Of a stretch of 47,462 nucleotides of DNA, positions 38,372 to 46,590 are shown in pieces (the stretch's first letter is position 1; each line of letters starts with the position of its first letter). The stretch lies in the NCBI GenBank assembly GCA_025449595.1, contig JANWJC010000105.1, forward strand, positions 1 to 47,462. Direction: 5' to 3'. A model generated the notes under the pieces. The model searched no databases. It saw nothing but the letters and a program-made list of their open reading frames with translations, and was not told the DNA's origin. Source of the stretch: Acidobacteriota bacterium (GTDB lineage: Bacteria; Actinomycetota; Actinomycetes; S36-B12; CAIYMF01). The position numbers and the translations under genes are program-made.

Positions 38372-39961
38372 CTACGTGCGGCTGGGAGCGAGTGGACGAA
38401 CCTTCAGGGGGGAGCATCGCGCGTTGAGGCACTCCCCTGATTCCAGGTCGAACTCGAAGTTGTGCCCAAGGCACCGCAGGACTCCGTCGGACAACACCGC
38501 CGATTCCGACAGATCCTCACCCGCATGGGGGCAATACCTGCTCACGGCGACATCTCGGTCCCTAGTCCGATCCCTCAACACCACCATGTCGTCTGGATCT
38601 CGACCGGTCTCGTACTCCTCGATCGCTGCCAGTGCGGAGGGGTCAGCATGCTTGAGTAGACCCACCAGGTAGTCGTTGTACAGGTCTGGTTCACGCCAGG
38701 CTGAGAACCGTAGGGACAGGAAAAGATCTTCCCAGCGGATCTCTCCCGTGAGTACCGCATCCAGCCATCGGGCCTCGACCGCGAAACCGTAGCTCGCCAG
38801 TCGCCCCTTTGCTCGGTCCACCCCTACCCCATCCGGCCCCAGCCGCACATCCCAGGTGCCTCCCGCATCACCGGCCACCTCGAACCGCACAGTCATGCCG
38901 ATCCGCTCGAGGAAGTAGTTGCTCATGCCACCGAGGCGCATGAAGTGATCTTCGAAGCGTTCATAGAGCGCTGAGCCAGAGGGCGGATCGGGGTACCGGG
39001 CGTACGTCGCACTGATGTCGTCACTACGTTGGCGGGCATAGCGGTCCAAGTAGTCATCGCAGTCGTCGAGGCTGAAGTCAGCCCATTCAGGGCTACGGGT
39101 CACGGCCTCGCTGCCAAGCTCTATCGCATCTCCTGGCAGCAAACACAGAGCGCTCTGCTCAGGTATTCGCTCCTGCAACCAGGTCAGTGCCTGTCCCTGG
39201 TGCGGGAAGACGCCCGGCTCGCGCATCTGGAGATTGTGACGGCGGAGCGAGTCGTCGAGAAAACACGGCGGCCCCGCATACGGCAGTACCAACCGCGGTC
39301 GTACCCCGCGCAGCATACGCACTACAGCTCGGAACTTGGACCGACGCTTGTCCGCGCCGATCCGCGCCGACACGTCCGAAGGGTAGTCGTAGCATATCGG
39401 ATGCCAGGAGGCACCCGACATCTGCACACCCATCAAGTCGAGCTGGTGGCCGACCTCTTCCGACGCTCGCCTTCCCTGGCTGACGGTGAGCCGCGCGTCG
39501 TTCGTATGCATGATCGCGAATCCATTGACCACGACAAGGATCGCAGCGTCGTGACACATCGGCGACTGCTCGGGGATCACCGTCAGCCAGTCACCACCCG
39601 GATTCAGCTGCAGCCGTTCCCACGCTCCCACCTCGATGACGTTGCGGACCCCTGCTCGGGCGAGTCGCCCCCGCAGTACGCCGGAGGGATAGCGCGGAAT
39701 CACAACCCGAACACGGTCCGGGAGGGTAGGTAACAGATCCAGGTCAAGGTGATCCAGATGCTCGTGGGAGACAGCCACCCAATCACAGTCAAGCATCTGC
39801 TTCGTCGCCAGATGACTGTTGTCCGGGAATGGGAACCAGCTGCCGAGGAACGCTCCCCCCTTGGACAGCCATGGATCGCACAGCACTCTCACGCGCGAGG
39901 TCTCGATCCGCAACCCCGCATGTCCAAGCGACGTCACAAATGGCGCCTCCCGCGAAGACAT
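38372..39961 (-). CDS. MBL-fold (Lactamase_B_3/UlaG-like) domain fused to a C-terminal Rieske [2Fe-2S] domain; NamH/CMAH-like candidate sugar-nucleotide hydroxylase
   Basis: The N-terminus is LGHAGLRIE...VLCDPWL...VAVSHEHLDHLD. The C-terminus is YCPHAG...LRCLGHNFEF (CxH ... CxxH Rieske ligands). Confidence 0.65.
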   Translation of the reverse strand: MSSREAPFVTSLGHAGLRIETSRVRVLCDPWLSKGGAFLGSWFPFPDNSHLATKQMLDCDWVAVSHEHLDHLDLDLLPTLPDRVRVVIPRYPSGVLRGRLARAGVRNVIEVGAWERLQLNPGGDWLTVIPEQSPMCHDAAILVVVNGFAIMHTNDARLTVSQGRRASEEVGHQLDLMGVQMSGASWHPICYDYPSDVSARIGADKRRSKFRAVVRMLRGVRPRLVLPYAGPPCFLDDSLRRHNLQMREPGVFPHQGQALTWLQERIPEQSALCLLPGDAIELGSEAVTRSPEWADFSLDDCDDYLDRYARQRSDDISATYARYPDPPSGSALYERFEDHFMRLGGMSNYFLERIGMTVRFEVAGDAGGTWDVRLGPDGVGVDRAKGRLASYGFAVEARWLDAVLTGEIRWEDLFLSLRFSAWREPDLYNDYLVGLLKHADPSALAAIEEYETGRDPDDMVVLRDRTRDRDVAVSRYCPHAGEDLSESAVLSDGVLRCLGHNFEFDLESGECLNARCSPLKVRPLAPSRT

Positions 39962-40013
39962 GTCTTCTCCCCATTGAGTGTCGGGACCATCGCACTTCGC
40001 ACCCGGACGTGAA

Positions 40014-41489
40014 TCAGTGCAGAACCGCCATCGGTCGCATTCGCGCTACGGGACGCACTAGTCCGAACCCGCTCATGATCTGGAGGGCGGCCGCGACACC
40101 CTTGTCGTCCAGGTGCGGGACAGTCGTCGGAGCCCGGTCGTCGTAGCGGAACCTCATCGTCGACCGAGCCTGCGGATCACTGGTAGAGAGTCCTGAGCGC
40201 TCGAAATGATCGATCACAGTGCCGGCACCGTGGCAGGCGGAGTGCAAACTCGTGGCGGAGTCCTTTCCTGCAACGGCAAGGTACGACGAGGTGCGATGTG
40301 TCCCGGGCAGCAGTACAGCCTGCCCTGTGCGGGCAAAGGTCGTGCCAACAGGCATCCGATCGCCAGGATACGCACGGCACGAGTTGTGCCGGTGAACTAC
40401 CCCTAACTGGCCATCGACCTCCTCCTCGTAGACCGAGTTGTGCGGGGAGTCAACGACGAGACGAGCTTGACCGCCGCCGAAGACCCGAGTGGCCAGGCGT
40501 TGGAGCGCAGCATACGTGGAAAGGCGGAACGCGAAGCCATAGTTCATCGCTGCGGCGTTTGCCAGCATCAACCGCTGCCCCTCGTCGCTAGCAAGCTCGA
40601 CGGGAGGACACCCCTTAGAAAAATACAGCCGTAGGCGCTCCTGAAGCTGATCCTTCGAACGCGCCGTTCGAAGATGGTACAGCGGTTTGCTGACCGCCAT
40701 GACTGCTCTCATCGAGCGTGCGTAGTCCTCGCGACGACCGAAAAGATGGCCGACGATGCCGGTCATGACCCCGCCACCTGCGTGGTACTGGATCATGGTC
40801 TGCCCCAGCCGCACCCCGAGGGCAGCAGCCCGTTCCTCGTCAATGATCTCCTCGACCTGCTGCAGCTCGACGAAGTGGTTCGTCGGACCTATCGTGCCGA
40901 ACCGCAACCGCGACAGGTGCCACGCCAGGGCGGGCATCTCACGGATCAACCGCTCCTTCCCGCCATATGGTTCCAGGTCGACGAGCCCGCTCTCCTCGAC
41001 CCGCTCCAGTTCCGCAGCGTCGACCCCGAATCGCGCGGCGGCGAATTGAGCGCCGCCGACGGCAGTTCCCACCGCCTCACTTCTTGTGAGCTCGCGACCA
41101 CCACGGGTCGGGTAGGGGTATCGCTCCCTGACTGCACGGAAGAACTCTCCGATCGCAGCATCCGTGGGACGCTCACAGTCCAGCGAGATCAGCGCCATGC
41201 CGCAGTTGAGCGACGAGCTCGTCAACGTCGGCCGAATGGTGCCAACAGTCGCCACGGCGATGCTGGAAGGCATCTCCATGTTGGACTTGTGGTGAAAGTC
41301 CGGAAGCACGACCGGCGGCGCCAGGAGATCGAACCCGAGCGTTGCCGATCGGAGTTCGCCGAGCGCCTCGGGGTCGGCGGGCAAATCTCTGCTGTCGAAT
41401 ACCCGCGGTGTGTCGAGTTCGGACTCGAGACTTCGCCGATGCGACATCTCTTCAGCCGACAGGACCCTTATGTCCATCGATTTCCTCAT
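40014..41489 (-). CDS. Divergent RtcB-family (3'-phosphate/5'-hydroxyl ligase fold) protein
   Basis: Ordered blocks are LPDFHH, SLNCGM, GTIGPTNHFVE, YHAGGG, DSPHNS, LLPGTH, SACHGAG and a C-terminal VARMRPMAVLH. These parallel the E. coli RtcB blocks MPDVHLG, DIGCGM, GTLGTGNHFIE, LHSGSRG, CHHNY, IPGSMG, SCSHGAGR and ...VCVKG, recalled from memory. Confidence 0.65.
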   Translation of the reverse strand: MRKSMDIRVLSAEEMSHRRSLESELDTPRVFDSRDLPADPEALGELRSATLGFDLLAPPVVLPDFHHKSNMEMPSSIAVATVGTIRPTLTSSSLNCGMALISLDCERPTDAAIGEFFRAVRERYPYPTRGGRELTRSEAVGTAVGGAQFAAARFGVDAAELERVEESGLVDLEPYGGKERLIREMPALAWHLSRLRFGTIGPTNHFVELQQVEEIIDEERAAALGVRLGQTMIQYHAGGGVMTGIVGHLFGRREDYARSMRAVMAVSKPLYHLRTARSKDQLQERLRLYFSKGCPPVELASDEGQRLMLANAAAMNYGFAFRLSTYAALQRLATRVFGGGQARLVVDSPHNSVYEEEVDGQLGVVHRHNSCRAYPGDRMPVGTTFARTGQAVLLPGTHRTSSYLAVAGKDSATSLHSACHGAGTVIDHFERSGLSTSDPQARSTMRFRYDDRAPTTVPHLDDKGVAAALQIMSGFGLVRPVARMRPMAVLH

Positions 41490-41494
41490 GGTAA

Positions 41495-43003
41495 TCAGTA
41501 GTCATCCGGATACGGCGCCAGATCCGGTACGGCAGCAATCTTCGGACCGTGGTAACCAGGGACGAGTTGTTCTAGCATGCGGAGGACGTCGGATCGCCTG
41601 TTAGCGTCCGCCTCATCGAGCAGGTCGGCGAGCTTCCCATGGAAGTCCCTACCAACGTCGTGCAGACAAGTCTTGAAGATGCGCGGATGAGCAGTGCTCA
41701 CGACAACCTCGTTCTCGCCGAACAGCCTTTCGTTGAGCTTCTCCCCCGGTCTCAGGCCGGTGAACCTGACTCTGGCTGGGGGAACTCCCATCTGCTCAGA
41801 GAACTTGTGCACCAGATCAAGGATGCGCACCGGTTCACCCATGTCGAGAACGAACGTCTCGCCGCCGTCCGCCAACAGTGCCGCCTCAAGGACGAGTCCC
41901 ACTGCTTCTTCGATCGTCATGAAGAAGCGCGTGGCGTCCGGATGCGTCACAGTCACGTCATCACCGTTCCGCAACTGCTCCGCGAGAACCACGAGGAGGG
42001 ATCCACGGCTCCCGAGCACATTGCCGAACCTGACAGCGGAGAAGACCGTCTCAGTCGGGCCCATGTTCTTGATCGTGAGCTCGGCCAGGTGCTTCGTCGC
42101 ACCAAGTACTGACGTGGGATCGGCCGCCTTGTCGGTGGAAATGAAAACGAACAGTGAGGAGCCGTACTCCGCTGCTGCGTTGGCTAGCAACTGGGTGCCC
42201 AGTACATTCGACTTCACCCCCTCGCAGGGATGGCTCTCAAGCATCGGCAGATGCTTCAGCGCGGCCGCATGAAATACCACATCGGGCCGAACGTCGCGGA
42301 ACAACTGCCTGATTCGTCGACCGTCACGAATGTCCGCGACGACCAGTTCTTCACTGCTCATGAGTGCCTCACCGGAGATCTCGAGCTGCATCCGATGAAG
42401 GTTCGACTCGTCATGGTCGAGCATCACCAATCGAGCCGGGGAGAATCCGAGCACCTGACGGCACAGCTCACTCCCGATCGATCCGCCGGCTCCAGTCACG
42501 AGGACGACCTTGTCGCGAATCACGGCCGCGACAGCTGGGGAGACCACGTTCATCTCCGCACGACCGATCAGCTTGCCGATCTCGAGCGCCCGCATGTCGG
42601 TACCGACAACGTCACGCTGCAAAGCAGCCACGAAGGTTGGCAGGTGACGGACGCGTACCCCGGAAGCGGCGGCGATCACCGCCAGACGGCGGACCTCCGT
42701 CGCCGGGAGGCGGGGGATCGCCAGCACGACGCACTGCACGCCGAACTGGACGATGACCTCGGTGAGGGAGCCGACGTCCCCCAGCAACGGCAGTTCCGCG
42801 TGGGCTCCCTTCGCCAGGTCGTCGTCGAGGAACCCGATCGGGGCGAGGCCGAACTGTGGGACTGCAAGCAGGTCGCGCGCGAGCGCCCTGCCGGCCTCAC
42901 CGGCTCCCACCACCAGAGTAGGCAGACCGGGCACCTGATCGAGCTTCTCGGATCCATATTCGGCGGGCCACAAATCGGCCAATCCCTCTTCAATCAGACT
43001 CAT
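41495..43003 (-). CDS. CapD/PglF/WbpM-type NDP-sugar (UDP-GlcNAc) 4,6-dehydratase, soluble form without the N-terminal TM region
   Basis: Start trimmed to the ATG at 43003 (ATGA overlap). Motifs: VLVTGAGGSIGSEL, VFHAAALKHLP, FISTDKAADPTSVLGATKHLAE. Confidence 0.8.
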   Translation of the reverse strand: MSLIEEGLADLWPAEYGSEKLDQVPGLPTLVVGAGEAGRALARDLLAVPQFGLAPIGFLDDDLAKGAHAELPLLGDVGSLTEVIVQFGVQCVVLAIPRLPATEVRRLAVIAAASGVRVRHLPTFVAALQRDVVGTDMRALEIGKLIGRAEMNVVSPAVAAVIRDKVVLVTGAGGSIGSELCRQVLGFSPARLVMLDHDESNLHRMQLEISGEALMSSEELVVADIRDGRRIRQLFRDVRPDVVFHAAALKHLPMLESHPCEGVKSNVLGTQLLANAAAEYGSSLFVFISTDKAADPTSVLGATKHLAELTIKNMGPTETVFSAVRFGNVLGSRGSLLVVLAEQLRNGDDVTVTHPDATRFFMTIEEAVGLVLEAALLADGGETFVLDMGEPVRILDLVHKFSEQMGVPPARVRFTGLRPGEKLNERLFGENEVVVSTAHPRIFKTCLHDVGRDFHGKLADLLDEADANRRSDVLRMLEQLVPGYHGPKIAAVPDLAPYPDDY

Positions 43004-44199
43004 GCTCGTCCCCCTGCCTCGCTCAGTGCCTCGCACACAGTGTCGACGTCCCCAGTGTTGAGCATGGGATGCAGCGGCAACGACAGCGTGCGAGCAAATA
43101 CCTCATCTGCGCCTGGGAGTCCCTTCGGAGGTACTTCCACCCTCCCGGAGAACCAGCTCAGTCGGTGAAGCGGGATGAAATGGACTGATGAGCCGACCCC
43201 AGCCGCCGCTAGTCGACGGGAGAGTTCGTCGCGGGATATTCCGAAATCGTCGTTGATCCTTATCGCGTACAAGTGCCATGCGTGAACCGTGTCGGACGAG
43301 CGTGGCGGCAGCAGCACACCCTCCATGTGCCCGAGGCGCAGATCATACTCGGACGCGAGCCTTCGCCGGTCCTCATTCCAGCACGCTACCTGCTTCAACT
43401 GGGCTCGCCCGATCGCAGCCTGCAGGTCGGTCATGTTGGCCTTAAGACCATCAGCAGCGACGTCGTAGTTCCATCCGCCGCCGGGGAGGTAACGCCGCCA
43501 TGCATCTTTGGTCATCCCGTGCAGGCGCGCGGCATGCACAGCGTCCGCGAACTCTTCATCGGCCGTCGTGAGCATCCCGCCTTCGCCGATGGGCAGGTTC
43601 TTTGTTGCATAGAAGCTGTAGCAGGTAGCTCGGGACAACGCTCCGACATGTCCGTCTTGTGTCAAGGTTCCGAGCGCATGGGCTGCGTCCTCGATGACCA
43701 TGGTCAACGGCAGATGGGCTGCAGTCGCGAGCTCTCGCACGTCGGCTGCGAGTCCACCCAGGTGGACTACCACCATTGCAGCAACACCACCTGCGCGAGC
43801 GGCAGCCACCTCAGTAGTCGCCGCACTCGGCATTCCTGATTCGACGTCGACGTCGACAAGCACCGGGATGTGCCCTGCGTGCATGATGGCGTGTGCCGCA
43901 CCGCAGAACGTGTTGGCAGAGAGCAGCACCTTACTCGCCGGCGCCAACCCCAGCGAACGCACGGCCAGTTCGAGTGCCGCGGTGCACGAACTGACAGCCA
44001 CCGCCCGCGGAGCGCTTACGTACCCCGCAAACTCCCGTTCGAACTCTGCTACCTGCTGTCCGGTCGTGAGCCAACCCGACGACAGGACACCGACGGCCGC
44101 CTCACGCGCCTCGTCGCAAACTGGCGTTCGGGCGAACGCCACCGGTCGGGCGACGCGAACTTCCTCTGTCAGGGCCAGCGTCGACACGGCTCCGGCCAC
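43000..44199 (-). CDS. DegT/DnrJ/EryC1/StrS-family PLP sugar aminotransferase (PglE-like)
   Basis: SSGWLTTGQQVAEFEREFA and the catalytic Lys block FYATKNLPIGEGGML. The start is uncertain (GTG 44199 or downstream GTGs). Confidence 0.85.
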   Translation of the reverse strand: MAGAVSTLALTEEVRVARPVAFARTPVCDEAREAAVGVLSSGWLTTGQQVAEFEREFAGYVSAPRAVAVSSCTAALELAVRSLGLAPASKVLLSANTFCGAAHAIMHAGHIPVLVDVDVESGMPSAATTEVAAARAGGVAAMVVVHLGGLAADVRELATAAHLPLTMVIEDAAHALGTLTQDGHVGALSRATCYSFYATKNLPIGEGGMLTTADEEFADAVHAARLHGMTKDAWRRYLPGGGWNYDVAADGLKANMTDLQAAIGRAQLKQVACWNEDRRRLASEYDLRLGHMEGVLLPPRSSDTVHAWHLYAIRINDDFGISRDELSRRLAAAGVGSSVHFIPLHRLSWFSGRVEVPPKGLPGADEVFARTLSLPLHPMLNTGDVDTVCEALSEAGGRA

Positions 44200-44286
44200 C
44201 TCCCACTCTCTGTCCCAGTGCGTCTATTGACAGACTAGGAACGACGGAAGTCGGAGGCACGCTGCCCACGGCCTACTCGCACTACG

Positions 44287-44964
44287 TCATTGGCGGGAGC
44301 CGGCGTGCGTCGGCACCAAGCCGAGAAGCCCCGTTTCGCGCGCACGGGCGACGGCGGACAGTGACGAGTGAACGCCAAGTTTCTGAAGTACCCGTTGAAC
44401 ATGCGTCCGTACCGTATTTTGCGAGAGTTGGAGCTGCCGGGCGATCTCTGCCCGGCCCATGCCGTCCACCATGCAGCTCAGGACGTCGATCTCACGGGGA
44501 GTCAGCCCCACGAGCGCCGCGGGATCATATTTGCCCGACTGTCGGGTGAGTATGTTCAAGACTCGTGTCAGCAAGCGTGCCGGAATGTATGTCTCGCCAC
44601 GCTGTGCTCCCCGGATCACATGAAGCAGCAGATCTATGGAAGCATCCTTGGGCACCCATCCCGACATTCCCAGGCGTGCCCCTTCAGCGACGAAGCTCTC
44701 GTCTTGCACACCAGTCACAAAGACGATGTGGACATCGGGCCGGCGTTGCAGGAGGTCCTCCCCAAGAGTTAGACCAGTTGTCCCGGGGGAATATCCGAGA
44801 TCATAGTCGATTACCGCGACATCCACCTTCAGGTGATCGACCATGCCAGCCACGCCGTGCTCGCTGAACGCGACGACGACGACGTCCATGTCCGGTTCGA
44901 GACTCAGGCGCGCTGCCAACGACTCCGCGAACACGACGTGATCGTCGACGACGGCAACTCTCAT
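44287..44964 (-). CDS. NarL/LuxR-family response regulator
   Basis: The receiver is MRVAVVDDH...VAVIDYDLG...FVTG...PKD. The C-terminal HTH is LTPREIDVLSCMVDGMGRAEIARQLQLSQNTVRTHVQRVLQKLGV. ATG at 44964 is preferred over the track GTG at 45015. Confidence 0.85.
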   Translation of the reverse strand: MRVAVVDDHVVFAESLAARLSLEPDMDVVVVAFSEHGVAGMVDHLKVDVAVIDYDLGYSPGTTGLTLGEDLLQRRPDVHIVFVTGVQDESFVAEGARLGMSGWVPKDASIDLLLHVIRGAQRGETYIPARLLTRVLNILTRQSGKYDPAALVGLTPREIDVLSCMVDGMGRAEIARQLQLSQNTVRTHVQRVLQKLGVHSSLSAVARARETGLLGLVPTHAGSRQ

Positions 44965-45015
44965 CGTATCGATTGCCACGTTGGGACCATCCCGCGAGTT
45001 CGGGTCCGGTGCCAC

Positions 45016-45702
45016 CTACCCATGGAGGGCTTCCGGATACGTCACCGGTATGAGATTGGGTCCGAGTTGGCCATCCCCGCGGGTGGCAACTGCTTCCCGG
45101 TCGACCAGAGCAGCCGCCTGCAGACGGGAGTTGACTCCCAGCTTCTGCAGCACGTTCTGGACGTGCGTCCGCGTCGTACTGTAACTGATCCCCATCACTC
45201 GAGCCATCTCCTTGGTGGAGTGCCCTGCGGAGATCAGGTGGAGAACTTCGAGCTCACGTGGCGTCAGGTAGCGCAGTCGACTTGGTCCCGCTCGCCTTCC
45301 AGGTGACTTCACTTCACGCAGCGGGTGCCTCCGGAGGCTGATCGGCTCACCAGCGGCCGCAAGCTTGAGCGACCTGAGGATAGTGTCGATCGACTCGTCC
45401 TTGCGAAGGAACCCGAGAGCGCCCGCTCTCAGCAGATCGGCAGCCAGCTCAGTTGGGTCCATCCCCGACAGCACGACGATCGCGGTACGAGGTGCCACAG
45501 ATGCGATGTTGCTGACCAGTGTCATGACGTCACCCTCTGGGAGTCCGACGTCAACGGTTACGACGGCTGGCCGAAAGTCCAATACCTCCTCTATGCATGT
45601 CGACGCGGAAGTCGCGATCCGAACCTCTTGGCCACGCTCGATGAGGGCTAGCGCGATGGCTTCGAGGAACAGCATGTGGTCATCGAATACGACGATCCTC
45701 AT
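45016..45702 (-). CDS. NarL/LuxR-family response regulator (paralogue of the downstream one)
   Basis: MRIVVFDDH...VVTVDVGLP...VVLSG...LRKD, followed by LTPRELEVLHLISAGHSTKEMARVMGISYSTTRTHVQNVLQKLGV. The ATG at 45702 overlaps the kinase stop (ATGA). Confidence 0.85.
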   Translation of the reverse strand: MRIVVFDDHMLFLEAIALALIERGQEVRIATSASTCIEEVLDFRPAVVTVDVGLPEGDVMTLVSNIASVAPRTAIVVLSGMDPTELAADLLRAGALGFLRKDESIDTILRSLKLAAAGEPISLRRHPLREVKSPGRRAGPSRLRYLTPRELEVLHLISAGHSTKEMARVMGISYSTTRTHVQNVLQKLGVNSRLQAAALVDREAVATRGDGQLGPNLIPVTYPEALHG

Positions 45703-46334
45703 CTTCCGGCCCCGTCCCAAGCGTCAAGTGAGACTGCTACTTGATATCCGCGACCGTCGGGTTTCGCAGAACTGATCCGCGCTCCACAGGGGATCGCAGC
45801 CGTTCGAACGATCGTCAACCCGAGGGAGGTGCGCGCGGCAACGCCGCCGATGCCGGGGCCGTCGTCGGCAACGGTGACCACCACATTTTGGCCCCGATGA
45901 AAGACCTGCACTTGCACGGTGCCGGCGCCGGCAGCATGGATCGCATTCTCCAGCAGGTTCTCGACGATTCGGCCCAGTCCCACCTCACACGTCCAAGCGT
46001 TCAACCTGGGCGCAGGATCGAAGTAGATCATTGCTGAGCTCGTGATCTTCGCGCGGGCGACGACGTGCGCGACCACATCCGAGACATCGACGATCGTTCG
46101 CGGCTCCGCCGGCTCGAGCCCCACGTCGATGACTGCTGAGAGCCAGTCGCACTGACCGACGATCGCATCGAGGCGGCGCTGCGTGGCGTCGACGTCGTCG
46201 ACGGCGATGCTCGCGAGGACTCGCACTGCTGCGACGGCCTGCCGGAGGTCATGGCACACTGCCCGGAGCGGCTCGGGCCCGCCCGGGGCTCCCTCGGCCA
46301 ACAGCGGCCGTTGCCCTACGTCGATCCTGCGCAT
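45699..46334 (-). CDS. Minimal histidine kinase (DHp plus HATPase_c only; no TM or sensor domain)
   Basis: 211 aa. The H-box is AVCHDLRQAVAAV, the N-box ENLLENAIHA, and G1 VADDGPGI. No ATG, GTG or TTG lies upstream in frame before the stop at 46437-46439. Confidence 0.75.
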   Translation of the reverse strand: MRRIDVGQRPLLAEGAPGGPEPLRAVCHDLRQAVAAVRVLASIAVDDVDATQRRLDAIVGQCDWLSAVIDVGLEPAEPRTIVDVSDVVAHVVARAKITSSAMIYFDPAPRLNAWTCEVGLGRIVENLLENAIHAAGAGTVQVQVFHRGQNVVVTVADDGPGIGGVAARTSLGLTIVRTAAIPCGARISSAKPDGRGYQVAVSLDAWDGAGR

Positions 46335-46590
46335 CGCTTCGCCCAGCGTTCGGACGGTGAGCTTCAGGTCAGTCGGGAGGATCCGCAGACCTGGCCCCCC
46401 GTCCAGGTCGAGGATCGCCCCGATTGGGCCTCGGTGTCACCCAAAAGCGAAAGATGCCCCATCTGGCCTCGTCCGGCCATCGCAGCGATAATCGCCGGTC
46501 ACGCAACGTGTATCGCCTCGCGGGGACTGATGCCGGTGAGTGCCTGCGCGACTGCCGAGAGTGTCTGCTCTTACTCGGCGGCGCTGTGAC

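Noticed and set aside
44221-44240. TTGACA hexamer (tctaTTGACAgac) in the regulator/aminotransferase intergenic region as a promoter -35 box
   Set aside because: It is on the plus strand, and no plus-strand gene follows. The flanking GTCT/AGAC arms are only 4 bp.
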